Source of the DNA: a virus
Lineage: Duplodnaviria; Caudoviricetes
DNA: 25,082 bases
IMG/VR virus record: IMGVR_UViG_3300030376_002890
Location: 1-25,082 of that record
Strand: one strand, 5' to 3'
Positions 8,054 through 17,645 of this stretch are shown piece by piece. The first letter of the stretch is position 1. Every line of letters starts with the position of its first letter. The notes beneath the pieces were generated by a model. The model was not told where the DNA came from. It saw only the letters and a list, made by a program, of their open reading frames with translations, and ran no database searches. The translations under genes and the position numbers were made by a program.

Positions 8054-9417
8054 TCTTGACAATCACATTGTGGTTCATTTAGTAAATTGTTCAGGTAATC
8101 ATCAACATCAACATCAGCTATAGCAGCATACGCATCGGTCTTATCCTGAACATCGCCCATTACTTGCAATGAATAATAAAGCGAGGTTTGTGGAGACCTT
8201 AGCCACTCTTCAATGAATTCCTCATCCATGATAGCCAAATCTGACCACCAATTATATGAGTATCCATGGAGAAGTCCACTGGTTTGGTAGAGAGTCATGA
8301 TGCCATTAGCAACACGTTTATAATTCTCCCATCCGCACTCTGATGCAATTTCTACATCACCATAATTATATGTTTGTACACCAAAAGTACCAGAATCGCG
8401 GTCTACAGTACGACCAATAGGTGGTGCGATTTCTGGAGTACAAGTAAAGCCATCAACATCCTTTGAGCGGTAGCTGCAAGATGCTGTAGGGGCGATAGCA
8501 AATGCTCGGTCCATATTATACTCATGTGCAATAAGGGATGCATCACGAATACCATTAGCAAGTTGTTGTACAAGAGAATATGCAGCAGTAGCTTCTACTT
8601 TGTTATTGTTATACTGTTCTAATGCACGACCAAACTGCTCATAACTTACACCATATCGTCGCAGTAAATTAGCTAGACCAAGTACACCAAGCCCAACCTG
8701 TCTATCTGTTTCTGATGGTAGATACTCACCGCTATCTCCTACACCAGTTTTACCATGTAGTTCACATAGTTCTTTCATACCTTCTGCAAATGCAATAGGA
8801 ATTTGATCAAAACTACATGCCCCCAAGTTCACGTGTTGTAAAAGACAAGTCCCACGACTAGGTAAATATACTTCCAGACAAACATTACCACGGATACGTT
8901 GTGTTCCTTGGTACTTAACTTTGTTCAACCAAATGTCACCAGCTTTTATACCTTGAATTAACAAGTCTCGTAGCTCTGTTGACATATTATCCCACCATTC
9001 TCGTGTGATGTTAACGCAACGTTTAACCCAAGGTAGTACATCACGTGGTGTTGTAATAAATTCCTCTAAGTCAGCATGTTCTGCGTCAATATGCAAAACT
9101 ATTGCACCATTTTTGTATTTTCCACCCCTCCTGAGAGTTTCGTTAAGAGCCGAATAGATTCGTCCAAATGATACAGGACCACTCGCAATGACGCCAGAGT
9201 CTCTCTCGAAGCCTCGTGGGTCAAGTTCTGATAGATGGATTGCAACTCCTGCGCCTCGGCGTAGAGCATGGCTAGAGAACCTCCAGCTGGCTTCAATTCC
9301 GTTTGGTCCTTCAAGTTCATTTTCAACATTCATAACGGTGCACGACACCGGGAGACGACCAGATGGATCATCAATCCATGCCTGAACACGTCCAGTTCTA
9401 GAAATTAATTCGCTCAT
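8050..9417 (-). CDS. nrdA: Ribonucleotide reductase alpha subunit (compact class I)
   Basis: NVCLE (NxCxE), APTASCS, the SLYY tyrosine pair and C-terminal CDC. No ATP cone. Confidence 0.9.
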   Translation of the reverse strand: MSELISRTGRVQAWIDDPSGRLPVSCTVMNVENELEGPNGIEASWRFSSHALRRGAGVAIHLSELDPRGFERDSGVIASGPVSFGRIYSALNETLRRGGKYKNGAIVLHIDAEHADLEEFITTPRDVLPWVKRCVNITREWWDNMSTELRDLLIQGIKAGDIWLNKVKYQGTQRIRGNVCLEVYLPSRGTCLLQHVNLGACSFDQIPIAFAEGMKELCELHGKTGVGDSGEYLPSETDRQVGLGVLGLANLLRRYGVSYEQFGRALEQYNNNKVEATAAYSLVQQLANGIRDASLIAHEYNMDRAFAIAPTASCSYRSKDVDGFTCTPEIAPPIGRTVDRDSGTFGVQTYNYGDVEIASECGWENYKRVANGIMTLYQTSGLLHGYSYNWWSDLAIMDEEFIEEWLRSPQTSLYYSLQVMGDVQDKTDAYAAIADVDVDDYLNNLLNEPQCDCQE

Positions 9418-9794
9418 TTAACTAAGTCTTGTAGATTAGGTGGTTGATAATTTGGTCCTTTCATAACCTTACCATCGGACCGTCGGATAGGTTTATTATC
9501 AAGACCAAGCTTGGATAAATTTGATTTATGAACACGGTCCAATGCTTCCTCTAGATCCCATTCCATGTTCTCTGCATATTGAAAGCAGACATACACAAGA
9601 TCTGCTAACTCTTTTAATTCATCTGCATAACCTTCTTCTGTTGCTGCATACATAAATTCTTTGAACTCTTCAACGATCAAATCCCGTTGCATAGTCCGGC
9701 TCCCCGTGGAGTTCTGTATTCCATATGCTGTCCGAAACTGAATTGCTTGGTCCGAAAGTGATTGTTTTTGTAGATGTTGTGTTGTTAAGTTCAT
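9414..9794 (-). CDS. MazG-like / all-alpha NTP pyrophosphohydrolase
   Basis: LIVEEFKE...LKELADLVYV, VHKSNLSK and DGKVMKGPNY motifs. Start is uncertain (9794 chosen). Confidence 0.85.
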   Translation of the reverse strand: MNLTTQHLQKQSLSDQAIQFRTAYGIQNSTGSRTMQRDLIVEEFKEFMYAATEEGYADELKELADLVYVCFQYAENMEWDLEEALDRVHKSNLSKLGLDNKPIRRSDGKVMKGPNYQPPNLQDLVK

Positions 9795-9972
9795 TTTCAA
9801 GATAGTGGATAGCCTTTTCAAGGTCAGACGCTTTCGTGTTAGCATCTTTGTAACCGGCTCGGCAAATATATTTAACTGCACAGCCAAGATGATAGTTTAA
9901 TTCCCAGTCTCTGATTGCGTCCCAGCATTCAATTGATCCTCGTGTGTAGTAGGCAGGGGAGAAATGCGCCAT
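9670..9972 (-). CDS. DUF3310 protein (T7 gp1.7 nucleotide-kinase-like)
   Basis: SPAYYTRGSIECWD...GCAVKYICRAGYK...DLEKAIHYL signature. Confidence 0.85.
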   Translation of the reverse strand: MAHFSPAYYTRGSIECWDAIRDWELNYHLGCAVKYICRAGYKDANTKASDLEKAIHYLENELNNTTSTKTITFGPSNSVSDSIWNTELHGEPDYATGFDR

Positions 9973-10130
9973 TGTGCTAATAATTGTCCTACGTTGTTGG
10001 TTAAAATAAAGTTAGTTTTTTGTAGTTGCAGAAACAACTCAATCATCTGATCAGGAGGACACCGCTTTAACAGCTCCTCCATTCTTTTTAGTTTAAACTC
10101 TTGTTCTAGAGTTATTTCAGTCATTGGCAT
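9897..10130 (-). CDS. nblA: NblA-like phycobilisome degradation adaptor
   Basis: ITLEQEFKL...DQMIELFLQLQ...VGQLLAQW fits the NblA pattern L(S/T)LEQxF...L..W. The frame is open back to 10172, so the start is uncertain. Confidence 0.78.
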   Translation of the reverse strand: MPMTEITLEQEFKLKRMEELLKRCPPDQMIELFLQLQKTNFILTNNVGQLLAQWRISPLPTTHEDQLNAGTQSETGN

Positions 10131-10845
10131 TGGTGGGAGTCCATAAGATGGGTCTGTTCTCTTTGAAGTCATAATCGTCAGCAGTTAGTATCTTAGCTAA
10201 TCGTGCATTGAGTAGTGCTTCGTTACTTGTAAGACCTTTAGACTCAAAAGCTTTTACAACGCTATCCCAAGTGTAGCCATGTTCAGAAAAAAATTTTACG
10301 CTAGTTTTTACACCGAATCCGGGGGCGCCTGAGTAACCATCTGTGCTGTCACCAGCAAGAGTTTGAATAATAAACCATTCCCAACCAGATTGTTTATCTA
10401 TTGTAAAGGTTTCATCTAGATTGTAGAGAGTACCAGGTATTTGTTTCATATCCTTGTCCGGCGAAACAATTACACATTCATCATTTGATGTTGCATAAAT
10501 ACCCATTGCATCATCTGCCTCTAGTTGTGGCATTCTTATAACACGATAGTGATCATGTAATTTATAAATTACTCGTCTGTATCCACATGGTTTCTTTCGA
10601 TTTCTGTGACCTTTGTAAGATTTTTCAACTGATTTACGAAAATTAACAGCATCACTAAAGAACAGGATAACATCTGGATCGAAGAAAACTGATTTAATTT
10701 TATTAAGTTCTCTAATAACATTAGTATATGCTTCACTAAATCTACTGCCGACCATGATTACATCATCACCCCAATCAATGTCATACTCAGCCGATGCACA
10801 TGCTTTGTAAACAATGTAATCAGCATCGATCAGTAGAGTAGTCAT
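10117..10845 (-). CDS. 5'-3' exonuclease (T7 gp6-like)
   Basis: LLIDADYIVY, YKGHR, LEADDAMG, SPDKDMKQIPG and GDSTDGYSG motifs. Confidence 0.95.
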   Translation of the reverse strand: MTTLLIDADYIVYKACASAEYDIDWGDDVIMVGSRFSEAYTNVIRELNKIKSVFFDPDVILFFSDAVNFRKSVEKSYKGHRNRKKPCGYRRVIYKLHDHYRVIRMPQLEADDAMGIYATSNDECVIVSPDKDMKQIPGTLYNLDETFTIDKQSGWEWFIIQTLAGDSTDGYSGAPGFGVKTSVKFFSEHGYTWDSVVKAFESKGLTSNEALLNARLAKILTADDYDFKENRPILWTPTNAND

Positions 10846-10964
10846 TTACCTTGACCTCTACTTAGCTTGCGATTACCTTTTGGTTTAGATAATTTACTTT
10901 GACCTTGGGTTGTTTTTTTCTTAGTAGATTTAATCTCCTGTTCGTTTTTCTTTGAGTAAAGCAT
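10842..10964 (-). CDS. Small basic protein (40 aa)
   Basis: Hand translation gives MLYSKKNEQEIKSTKKKTTQGQSKLSKPKGNRKLSRGQGK. TAATG and ATGA overlaps on the two ends. Confidence 0.75.
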   Translation of the reverse strand: MLYSKKNEQEIKSTKKKTTQGQSKLSKPKGNRKLSRGQGK

Positions 10965-12235
10965 TAGTGGGTTTGGCTCCAGTTGGTTCCTGTAGTTGCG
11001 TCGGCGTCAATTCGACACCTGATGTTGTAGTATTCACCAGCTTCTGTACTGCTAAGTACCAAGGATGAACATAAGTCTGTGGCGTGTTCGGGAGAACACT
11101 CGAATTGTAATTCGTCATGAACAAATGCTAGTTGTGAACAGCATAGTTTTAGTTGTTTAATATTATGTTGGTTAATAATCATCCAACGTTTAGCCAAGAT
11201 TGCAGAATTACCTTGCAAGCAATAATTCAACGCTTTATGCGGTGAATCCACGATAATTTTTCGGTCATCGATAGCTTTGAGGTATCCACGTTCTGAAGCT
11301 TTCTTAATTGCATCCAGGAGATCACCGAGTCCTTCAATTGCATCAACATATGCTTCTCTGATCTCTTGTCCTTTTTTCTTTGCTGCCGAGGATGAAAGAA
11401 GTTTGTCATAGCTGTGTCCAATTTTTTCATTGCCCGCCCCATATAGCATGGCGTAGGTTACCGTCTTTACTTGTTTTCGACTGATACCTATCTTATCAGC
11501 ATTGACTTGATGGATGTCACCATTTAGTAGGATGTCAGCATAACGTCCGTCATCATACCTGGCGAGGAAATGCGAAAGCATTCTGAGTTCGATCCCTGCC
11601 AAATCAGCCCCAACCATTACTAAACCAGGGCTGGCAGTAAATAGCTGCCTAAATCTAGAATCACTTGGAACTTGAGATAAGTTGGGGTTACGATGAGCTT
11701 GACGAAATGTTGCAGTAGCTACTGAACAATGGTGATGTATTCGACTAGCATTCGTAGATAGCTTGAGCCATGCGTTCGCGCCTTCGGAGATCATCCCAAG
11801 CATTTTCGTTACCGTCAAACATCTCGCAAACTGCATAGCAATCGGAGATCCAATCTCGGTCAGAATAACTTCGTCGATAACTGGTTTCCCAGTAGTTGTC
11901 TTCTGAGTTGGAATCCAACCACAGAATGTTTGCAATATCCATGAGATGTGATCGCGTGATGTTGGATTTAATTCTTTTAAGCGTGTGAATGGAGCGTCTT
12001 TGACATAGCCTTGGGTCCGATTATTTCTCTTAGGAGTAAATATTGATCCTGCAACGTAAGGGTGCCTGTCACGTAGTAATTGATAAGTTTGCTCAAGCTC
12101 TCGTCTGAGAGTAGATGCAAGTTCCCATGCAGAGCGTTCATCAAAATACCATCCATGTAGTTCCTGTTTTGTAAGGATTTCGGCAGACTCATGTTCTAAT
12201 TTAATCCATTCAGGTATGGTTGAAAATGTTTCCAA
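10964..12235 (-). CDS. DNA polymerase family A, polymerase domain (second part of split gene)
   Basis: Motif A DLAGIELR, motif B KTVTYAMLYG (Tyr at the E. coli 762 position) and motif C VHDE. The ORF begins at TTG. Confidence 0.93.
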   Translation of the reverse strand: METFSTIPEWIKLEHESAEILTKQELHGWYFDERSAWELASTLRRELEQTYQLLRDRHPYVAGSIFTPKRNNRTQGYVKDAPFTRLKELNPTSRDHISWILQTFCGWIPTQKTTTGKPVIDEVILTEIGSPIAMQFARCLTVTKMLGMISEGANAWLKLSTNASRIHHHCSVATATFRQAHRNPNLSQVPSDSRFRQLFTASPGLVMVGADLAGIELRMLSHFLARYDDGRYADILLNGDIHQVNADKIGISRKQVKTVTYAMLYGAGNEKIGHSYDKLLSSSAAKKKGQEIREAYVDAIEGLGDLLDAIKKASERGYLKAIDDRKIIVDSPHKALNYCLQGNSAILAKRWMIINQHNIKQLKLCCSQLAFVHDELQFECSPEHATDLCSSLVLSSTEAGEYYNIRCRIDADATTGTNWSQTH

Positions 12236-12735
12236 AGTTTGTTAGTAACAACAACGTCTTGTATCATGTAATCTTGCATTTCTTGTGACCATTCCTTCCA
12301 ATCTGTATCTTTTCCAAATGTACCTTTATTTTCATCTAGACGATAACCATAAGCTTCAAGTGAATGTCTACCATATAATTTTAAAGGCATATTTTTCCAG
12401 ACACGTTTTTTATCTATGTCTAGTAAGTTTGGATGATACAAACGACTGAGCAAAAGAGTATCCAAGCAATCACCAATACGTCTAAACCATGGGTATAATT
12501 TATTAATGATAGCAAGATCGTACCCAATAATGTTATGACCAACAATACACTCAGCGTCTTCCAGATACTGAATACCTCTAATAATCGGTTCAGCAGCTTG
12601 TTTATCTGTTGCATGTTTAAAAGCTTGATCATTATAAACCATTGTTTGATCAGTTTCTGTATCATAAATACAAAGACAGTGGATCTTGGTAACATCACAG
12701 AGTAATCCGTCAGTTTCTAAATCAAAGATGAGCAT
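12196..12735 (-). CDS. DNA polymerase 3'-5' exonuclease domain (first part of split gene)
   Basis: ExoI FDLETDG, ExoII GHNIIGYD, HSLEAYGYRL and ExoIII YMIQDV. Confidence 0.93.
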   Translation of the reverse strand: MLIFDLETDGLLCDVTKIHCLCIYDTETDQTMVYNDQAFKHATDKQAAEPIIRGIQYLEDAECIVGHNIIGYDLAIINKLYPWFRRIGDCLDTLLLSRLYHPNLLDIDKKRVWKNMPLKLYGRHSLEAYGYRLDENKGTFGKDTDWKEWSQEMQDYMIQDVVVTNKLWKHFQPYLNGLN

Positions 12736-12866
12736 TACCTACCGGACCATTTGTATGTCTTATCTACAAATTGTGCTCTAGCAATTGCTTGAGTTGTTGG
12801 TGGGTTAGGTCGTTTCAATTCAGAAGTCTGTTGAAGGGTTGAAGTCTGCTGTTTCTGTTGTTTCAT
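12735..12866 (-). CDS. Small hypothetical protein (43 aa)
   Basis: Hand translation gives MKQQKQQTSTLQQTSELKRPNPPTTQAIARAQFVDKTYKWSGR. TAATG coupling to the polymerase exo domain. Confidence 0.6.
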   Translation of the reverse strand: MKQQKQQTSTLQQTSELKRPNPPTTQAIARAQFVDKTYKWSGR

Positions 12867-14430
12867 TAAATTTACAGGTAGATAAGTCATAATTTAATCG
12901 ACAAGCAACGCCTGTTTCCCCAGAGTAGCGATTCTTGAGAATTCTAACAGTTGTATCAGAGTGTTTAGATCCACTCTGCTGATCTCTTTCGAGTCCAATA
13001 ACTGCATCGCTAAGTTGAGCGATTGCCGCACTTCCTCTAAGTTGTCCGAGTGTAACACGTGCACCTTCTTCATGATTTTGATCTGATGATGTGCGCTTAA
13101 GATGCGACACAAGAAATAAAGCAATGCCTGTTCGCTCAACTAATGAACGTAGGCGGGTCATTGTAGTGTCTATCATACGTCGCTCGTCTCCATCTAATCC
13201 ACTGAGGAGGATTGATAGGTGATCGAGAAAGATAACCTTGGTATCAAGACCTGCAGCAAGATATTCAATACGATTGTAGATGATATCAGGATCAAAAGAT
13301 CCAAACCCATCAAACAAAAATAAATCCCAATTGGCAAGCGTTCTTTCATAGGCTTTAGTCAACGTTGAACGATCGTGTTCACCCATATGTAGTGCTTTAC
13401 CAACAATAGGAGACATAAGCCCTAAAGCAGTACGTCGGTTTGACTCTTCAAGTGCCAAATAACCGACCCTTTCTCCCTTCGATAACAAGTGAGCAGCCAA
13501 GTCTCTACAGACGGACGACTTGCCTTGTCCAGATCCTGAAGTAATAGTGACAAGTTCTCCGTACCTGATCCCGTGAAGCTTTGCTTGTAATCCTTGAAAT
13601 GGGTAGTCATGATCTGATGGTGGTGATGGTGTAGTAACTAATTCAAGTAATGATTTACCATCTACAATACCATCAGGACGATATTCTCTACGTTTAAAGA
13701 ATGCATCATCGATAGCTTTGTAATCATTAGCTTGTAAAGCATCTGAAAGGTCTTTGTAAGCCTCTAGACGGGCTATAAAAGCTCTACCAGGTGGTAACAC
13801 ACTTGCAGCTTCTTCAGCAGCTTTCTGTCCTGGTTCATCAGAATCAAACCAAAGTACAATCTCTTTGTAACCTTGGAGAAATTCTAAATTCTTTTGTATT
13901 GATTTTTTAGCCCCAGCTGCACCGCTAGGTAGTGACACAACAGGCCAAGTAGGAAATAATTCTGCATATGAGACGCAGTCTAGCTCACCTTCTGTAATTA
14001 TAATACGTTTACCACTGTTACCCCATAAATATTGGGCAAAGAATGTACCAGGTGAGTCTCCTTCGTAAGTAAACTGTTTGTCTTTTGTTTTAACCTTAGC
14101 ACCTTTGACAATGCCAGATTGATCGTGATAGTAAAACCTTAACTTGTCTCCATCACGATATACTTTGTATTTTTCACAAGTTTGTTGAGAGATTTTTCGT
14201 TTCTGCAGCCGTTCAGCTGAGCCTTTAATCTGCACGCGATTTGTATGATGAATGTGTATTGGCTCTTCATCACCTGGAGTATAAGCATGACACACAAAAC
14301 AATAACCATGACCATCAGTATAGATACTATTACCATCTGATGAACCACAATTGTTACATGCCTCATGCCTAATAAACTCAGATGAGCCATTTAAGGGGGA
14401 TGTTTTTGAATGATGTCCAAAGGATGTCAT
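12820..14430 (-). CDS. DNA primase/helicase (T7 gp4-like)
   Basis: Zn finger CNNC...CFVC, TOPRIM ITEGELD and FDSDEPG, Walker A GSGQGKS, DHLS, LRGS and KNRYSG. Start at 14430 or 14451. Confidence 0.96.
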   Translation of the reverse strand: MTSFGHHSKTSPLNGSSEFIRHEACNNCGSSDGNSIYTDGHGYCFVCHAYTPGDEEPIHIHHTNRVQIKGSAERLQKRKISQQTCEKYKVYRDGDKLRFYYHDQSGIVKGAKVKTKDKQFTYEGDSPGTFFAQYLWGNSGKRIIITEGELDCVSYAELFPTWPVVSLPSGAAGAKKSIQKNLEFLQGYKEIVLWFDSDEPGQKAAEEAASVLPPGRAFIARLEAYKDLSDALQANDYKAIDDAFFKRREYRPDGIVDGKSLLELVTTPSPPSDHDYPFQGLQAKLHGIRYGELVTITSGSGQGKSSVCRDLAAHLLSKGERVGYLALEESNRRTALGLMSPIVGKALHMGEHDRSTLTKAYERTLANWDLFLFDGFGSFDPDIIYNRIEYLAAGLDTKVIFLDHLSILLSGLDGDERRMIDTTMTRLRSLVERTGIALFLVSHLKRTSSDQNHEEGARVTLGQLRGSAAIAQLSDAVIGLERDQQSGSKHSDTTVRILKNRYSGETGVACRLNYDLSTCKFNETTETADFNPSTDF

Positions 14431-14731
14431 GTCTGTCACACCACTTTGCATAAGTGGTTTTACTTTTCTTACTAATTTTATTAAATGGAGATTGAAAGAC
14501 CATACGTAGATCTAGATTAGGGTTTAGTAGTTTAACTGCCTTAATCTTCCTACGATCTTCAGCTTCCCAATAGCCTTTACATTCTAGATGTATGCCATTG
14601 GGTAAGATAAAGTCAGGGCAATACAAATGCTCAATTACATATGGAATCTTGACGGTTTCGTATTCATACTTAACTCCAAGCTCGACAAGTAAATCAGCAA
14701 CTTTCTCCTCAAGCCCAGAGCGGAATGCCAT
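14378..14731 (-). CDS. Endonuclease I / Holliday junction resolvase (T7 gp3-like)
   Basis: FRSGLEEKVA, YCPDF, ECKG and SKTTYAKWC motifs. Confidence 0.95.
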   Translation of the reverse strand: MAFRSGLEEKVADLLVELGVKYEYETVKIPYVIEHLYCPDFILPNGIHLECKGYWEAEDRRKIKAVKLLNPNLDLRMVFQSPFNKISKKSKTTYAKWCDRHDILWTSFKNIPLKWLI

Positions 14732-15300
14732 CAGAAATCGTCCTCTTCTTCCACGTCCTTGCTAGGTGTGATATTAGGTTCAGAAGCTTTAAAACCTTCA
14801 GTAGTACCAAACATAGCTACTACATCTTCTGTACTCATGTCACCTGTGTCTACACCAGCTCCGTTATTAAGAGACACCAGTTGTACACCAACCAGTTTAA
14901 GACTCGTGCCATAAGTGACTCCATCACGAAGGATATATGGTTTCTGATAGAATGCCAACTTGACACGACTACCAGCATACATAGGTGTAGCTTCATCTGT
15001 AATCTGTACGCCTTGCGTATCGACAACAGGTGGACGGTTCTCTTCGTTCCAACTGAACTTGACTTTGTATTGCCCATCAGCTACTTCTTCCCATGGTTCA
15101 GGCTTTAGTGTTGAACGCTTAGGGTTCTTTAGTTTACCTTCTGCCCACTTGAGTGACTCAACACGGTCATCTTCAAGGGTATCAGCCATTGACTGATCGA
15201 CAATAGCAGCTAGTGAATAACCAAACTTACTTGGTTTCAATACAGCTTGGTAGCCTTCCAGGACTACAGGCTGTTCGGTTTTGTGGATGTTGCGTGGCAT
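14731..15300 (-). CDS. Single-stranded DNA-binding protein (T7 gp2.5-like)
   Basis: GSRVKL...GTSLKLVGVQLV and an acidic tail ending EEEDDF. Syntenic position. Confidence 0.92.
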   Translation of the reverse strand: MPRNIHKTEQPVVLEGYQAVLKPSKFGYSLAAIVDQSMADTLEDDRVESLKWAEGKLKNPKRSTLKPEPWEEVADGQYKVKFSWNEENRPPVVDTQGVQITDEATPMYAGSRVKLAFYQKPYILRDGVTYGTSLKLVGVQLVSLNNGAGVDTGDMSTEDVVAMFGTTEGFKASEPNITPSKDVEEEDDF

Positions 15301-17645
15301 TAACAGAAAAAATAAGTGGATTCAATCACGGATTCTGGTTCCAGATCTCCAATGATCGGTGGATTAGTCTCTGCTTCTATTTGAGTAGCAAAGTCTTGTA
15401 AATAATTATGCTCTGCAAATAAATGCATGTATGTTTCTCGTACTACGGAACTTAATAATTCCATGTCTGTAGCACGACACAATACAGAGTCATGTATAAG
15501 AGCAATCGGTGCATAAAAAGCTAATGCACTAAAATGTAAAAGCGAGGCGTCAAGTGAATGAATAAGATTAGGTGCTGTTGCGTTCTTGTGGTGTTGTTTA
15601 TCTACCTTGTCACCATCTTCAGTAGCAACAGTAAGTTTACAACGACCAAGCAATTGTAGCTCAACCTGAATAGTTTTAGGTTTCATTAGACGTTGGTTAA
15701 CAACAAAACCAGATGGTGTTACCCATTTTAGTTCTGTTTTACCTTTATCAATAGCTTTAGATACTTCATTTTCAATCCATGACATAACAGCCATAGGACC
15801 AGGAACAACAGTATCCATTGCATCCCTAACAGCAACAACAGTTTTAGTTAGATCGTCTTTATCAATCTCAACACCTTTCTCTTTTAATGCATCTCTAATG
15901 TACCCACGGTTGCTGAAAGGTTTGGCATTGTAGGGTACCGTCATGACTACCCTTTTGACTACCTTTCTATCCATATGATTACGGATAGAATTAGGGCAGA
16001 AAGGAGCAGCAGTATTAGCAACGACAGCATAAGCATCTTGTGGTTTATCAGAAGGAATAACATTTACTAGACTAGCAGTAGATTTATCTCTAGCTAATCC
16101 AGCTAGTATTTGTAACCCACTACATGTAGCATCAGTAGCAACTATTCCACCTGTTGTTGTTCTATCTTTAATCAAGACACAATGATAATATTCATCACAT
16201 GCTGCTAAAAACTGCCAAGGTTCTGCAGCAGCTTCCCATTCGTGAATGTATTGAATTGGATCACATGCGACCATAGAAATAATATGAGTATTATTTATTA
16301 CCCAATTTAATCTATCTTCAATAGTATCCTTATCACGACCATAAGTAGTAGCAACTTGAAAGGCTAACCATTTCTCAGCATACTTATTCATCTTTGCTTC
16401 TTTAGCAAATCGAAGTAGACTTTTTCCAAAGTCAGTATCTTGTGGTGTTAAGTGTGATGGAATAGGATAAGCTCTCCCTCTATAATCAAAACTCCATGGT
16501 AAATAAAATTTATCTTTATCTTTAAATCTTGCTACTGCTTCCATTGTCATTCGAGTTCTACAAGACTTTCTAAACTCTTGAGCTTGTAAATCATGAACTA
16601 CTTTAGCTCTTCGTTTATAATCTTGTCTTGACTCTTTATTAACATCAATATCTATTGGTTTAGATGGTAGATCATGATGCATAATAGGGAGAAACTTACC
16701 GATTGCTCGTTCCATTCTATCTAGTTCTTCCGCTACCTTTACTGTAAAAGGATTTAAACGGTAAGCCACCTTCTGAATTTTGTTTAAAAATTCGATTGGT
16801 GTTTCTCCCTGTATAGATGTGGGGTTACCACGCCTTACTAAATTATGACCTGCCATGATCTCATTTAGGAAATAACCACCACATGATTCATTGCTCCAAT
16901 CTCTTGGAGGTATAAGCATAGGCCATGCAACAGGACTAAATAATTCAGCATTTTTCATAATCTCATCTTTTTTCTCCATAAATTCTGGAGTAGGGACAAT
17001 ATGTTGAATTTTCTTTCGTCCTTGCTGATGTATGTGTTTAGTAAACCAACCACTAGTCTCCATAATGCAGTCTAGTAACCAACCACCAAGTTGAACACGA
17101 TTTTTACTACCCCATGTCTGCCAAGGCGTAACATCATACCTGTTCATTAATGTTCTGATGTTAACTAGTTTCTGTTGTGTACCAGAAGAACTGTGCCAAT
17201 AACGTTCTTTTAGTTTATACAGTAACCCAGGTGCTGTCTTTTCATAATGCCTCATCTGGCACTCCTGTTCAACAGCTAGTCCAATAGCTTCACAAACGCC
17301 TACAGTGACGTTTGATTTGTCTTTATGACTAAATACCTTATCAAAGCATACCTTAAGTGCTATAGCAGCAGCAGCGAGTGGCTCAACATCAGCAAGATAC
17401 TGTTGTATCTCCTTAAATGATTTACCCGCTTGTCCTTTCTTTAATCTAGCGGTAGTATCTTCAATACGTGCCACCAACAAAGGAAGCAGGGTATCAATAG
17501 AAGCAGCTCCGTAAACACTAGCAGACGCATAAGATTTGTTTTCTAAATCTCGGGTGTTCTTATGTAGTTTTTTTAGACCATGTGCAATAGCATCACGTTC
17601 TAATTGAATTTGTTCGTCTAACTCTTGTTCAGTCGGAATCAGCAA
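15300..17645 (-). CDS. Single-subunit phage RNA polymerase (T7 gp1-like)
   Basis: DYRGRAY, DATCSGLQ, RKVVKRVVMTVPY, PNLIHSLDAS, IHDS and C-terminal YFFC. TTG start with AGGAG upstream. Confidence 0.97.
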   Translation of the reverse strand: MLIPTEQELDEQIQLERDAIAHGLKKLHKNTRDLENKSYASASVYGAASIDTLLPLLVARIEDTTARLKKGQAGKSFKEIQQYLADVEPLAAAAIALKVCFDKVFSHKDKSNVTVGVCEAIGLAVEQECQMRHYEKTAPGLLYKLKERYWHSSSGTQQKLVNIRTLMNRYDVTPWQTWGSKNRVQLGGWLLDCIMETSGWFTKHIHQQGRKKIQHIVPTPEFMEKKDEIMKNAELFSPVAWPMLIPPRDWSNESCGGYFLNEIMAGHNLVRRGNPTSIQGETPIEFLNKIQKVAYRLNPFTVKVAEELDRMERAIGKFLPIMHHDLPSKPIDIDVNKESRQDYKRRAKVVHDLQAQEFRKSCRTRMTMEAVARFKDKDKFYLPWSFDYRGRAYPIPSHLTPQDTDFGKSLLRFAKEAKMNKYAEKWLAFQVATTYGRDKDTIEDRLNWVINNTHIISMVACDPIQYIHEWEAAAEPWQFLAACDEYYHCVLIKDRTTTGGIVATDATCSGLQILAGLARDKSTASLVNVIPSDKPQDAYAVVANTAAPFCPNSIRNHMDRKVVKRVVMTVPYNAKPFSNRGYIRDALKEKGVEIDKDDLTKTVVAVRDAMDTVVPGPMAVMSWIENEVSKAIDKGKTELKWVTPSGFVVNQRLMKPKTIQVELQLLGRCKLTVATEDGDKVDKQHHKNATAPNLIHSLDASLLHFSALAFYAPIALIHDSVLCRATDMELLSSVVRETYMHLFAEHNYLQDFATQIEAETNPPIIGDLEPESVIESTYFFC

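Noticed and set aside
8050-9417. Class II (B12-dependent) RNR call
   Set aside because: The adjacent ferritin-like beta gene and the YY radical-transfer pair favour class I.
15290-15310. Integrase between RNAP and SSB, as in some cyanopodoviruses
   Set aside because: The RNAP stop is directly coupled (TAATG) to the SSB start, leaving no room, and no integrase is seen in the window.
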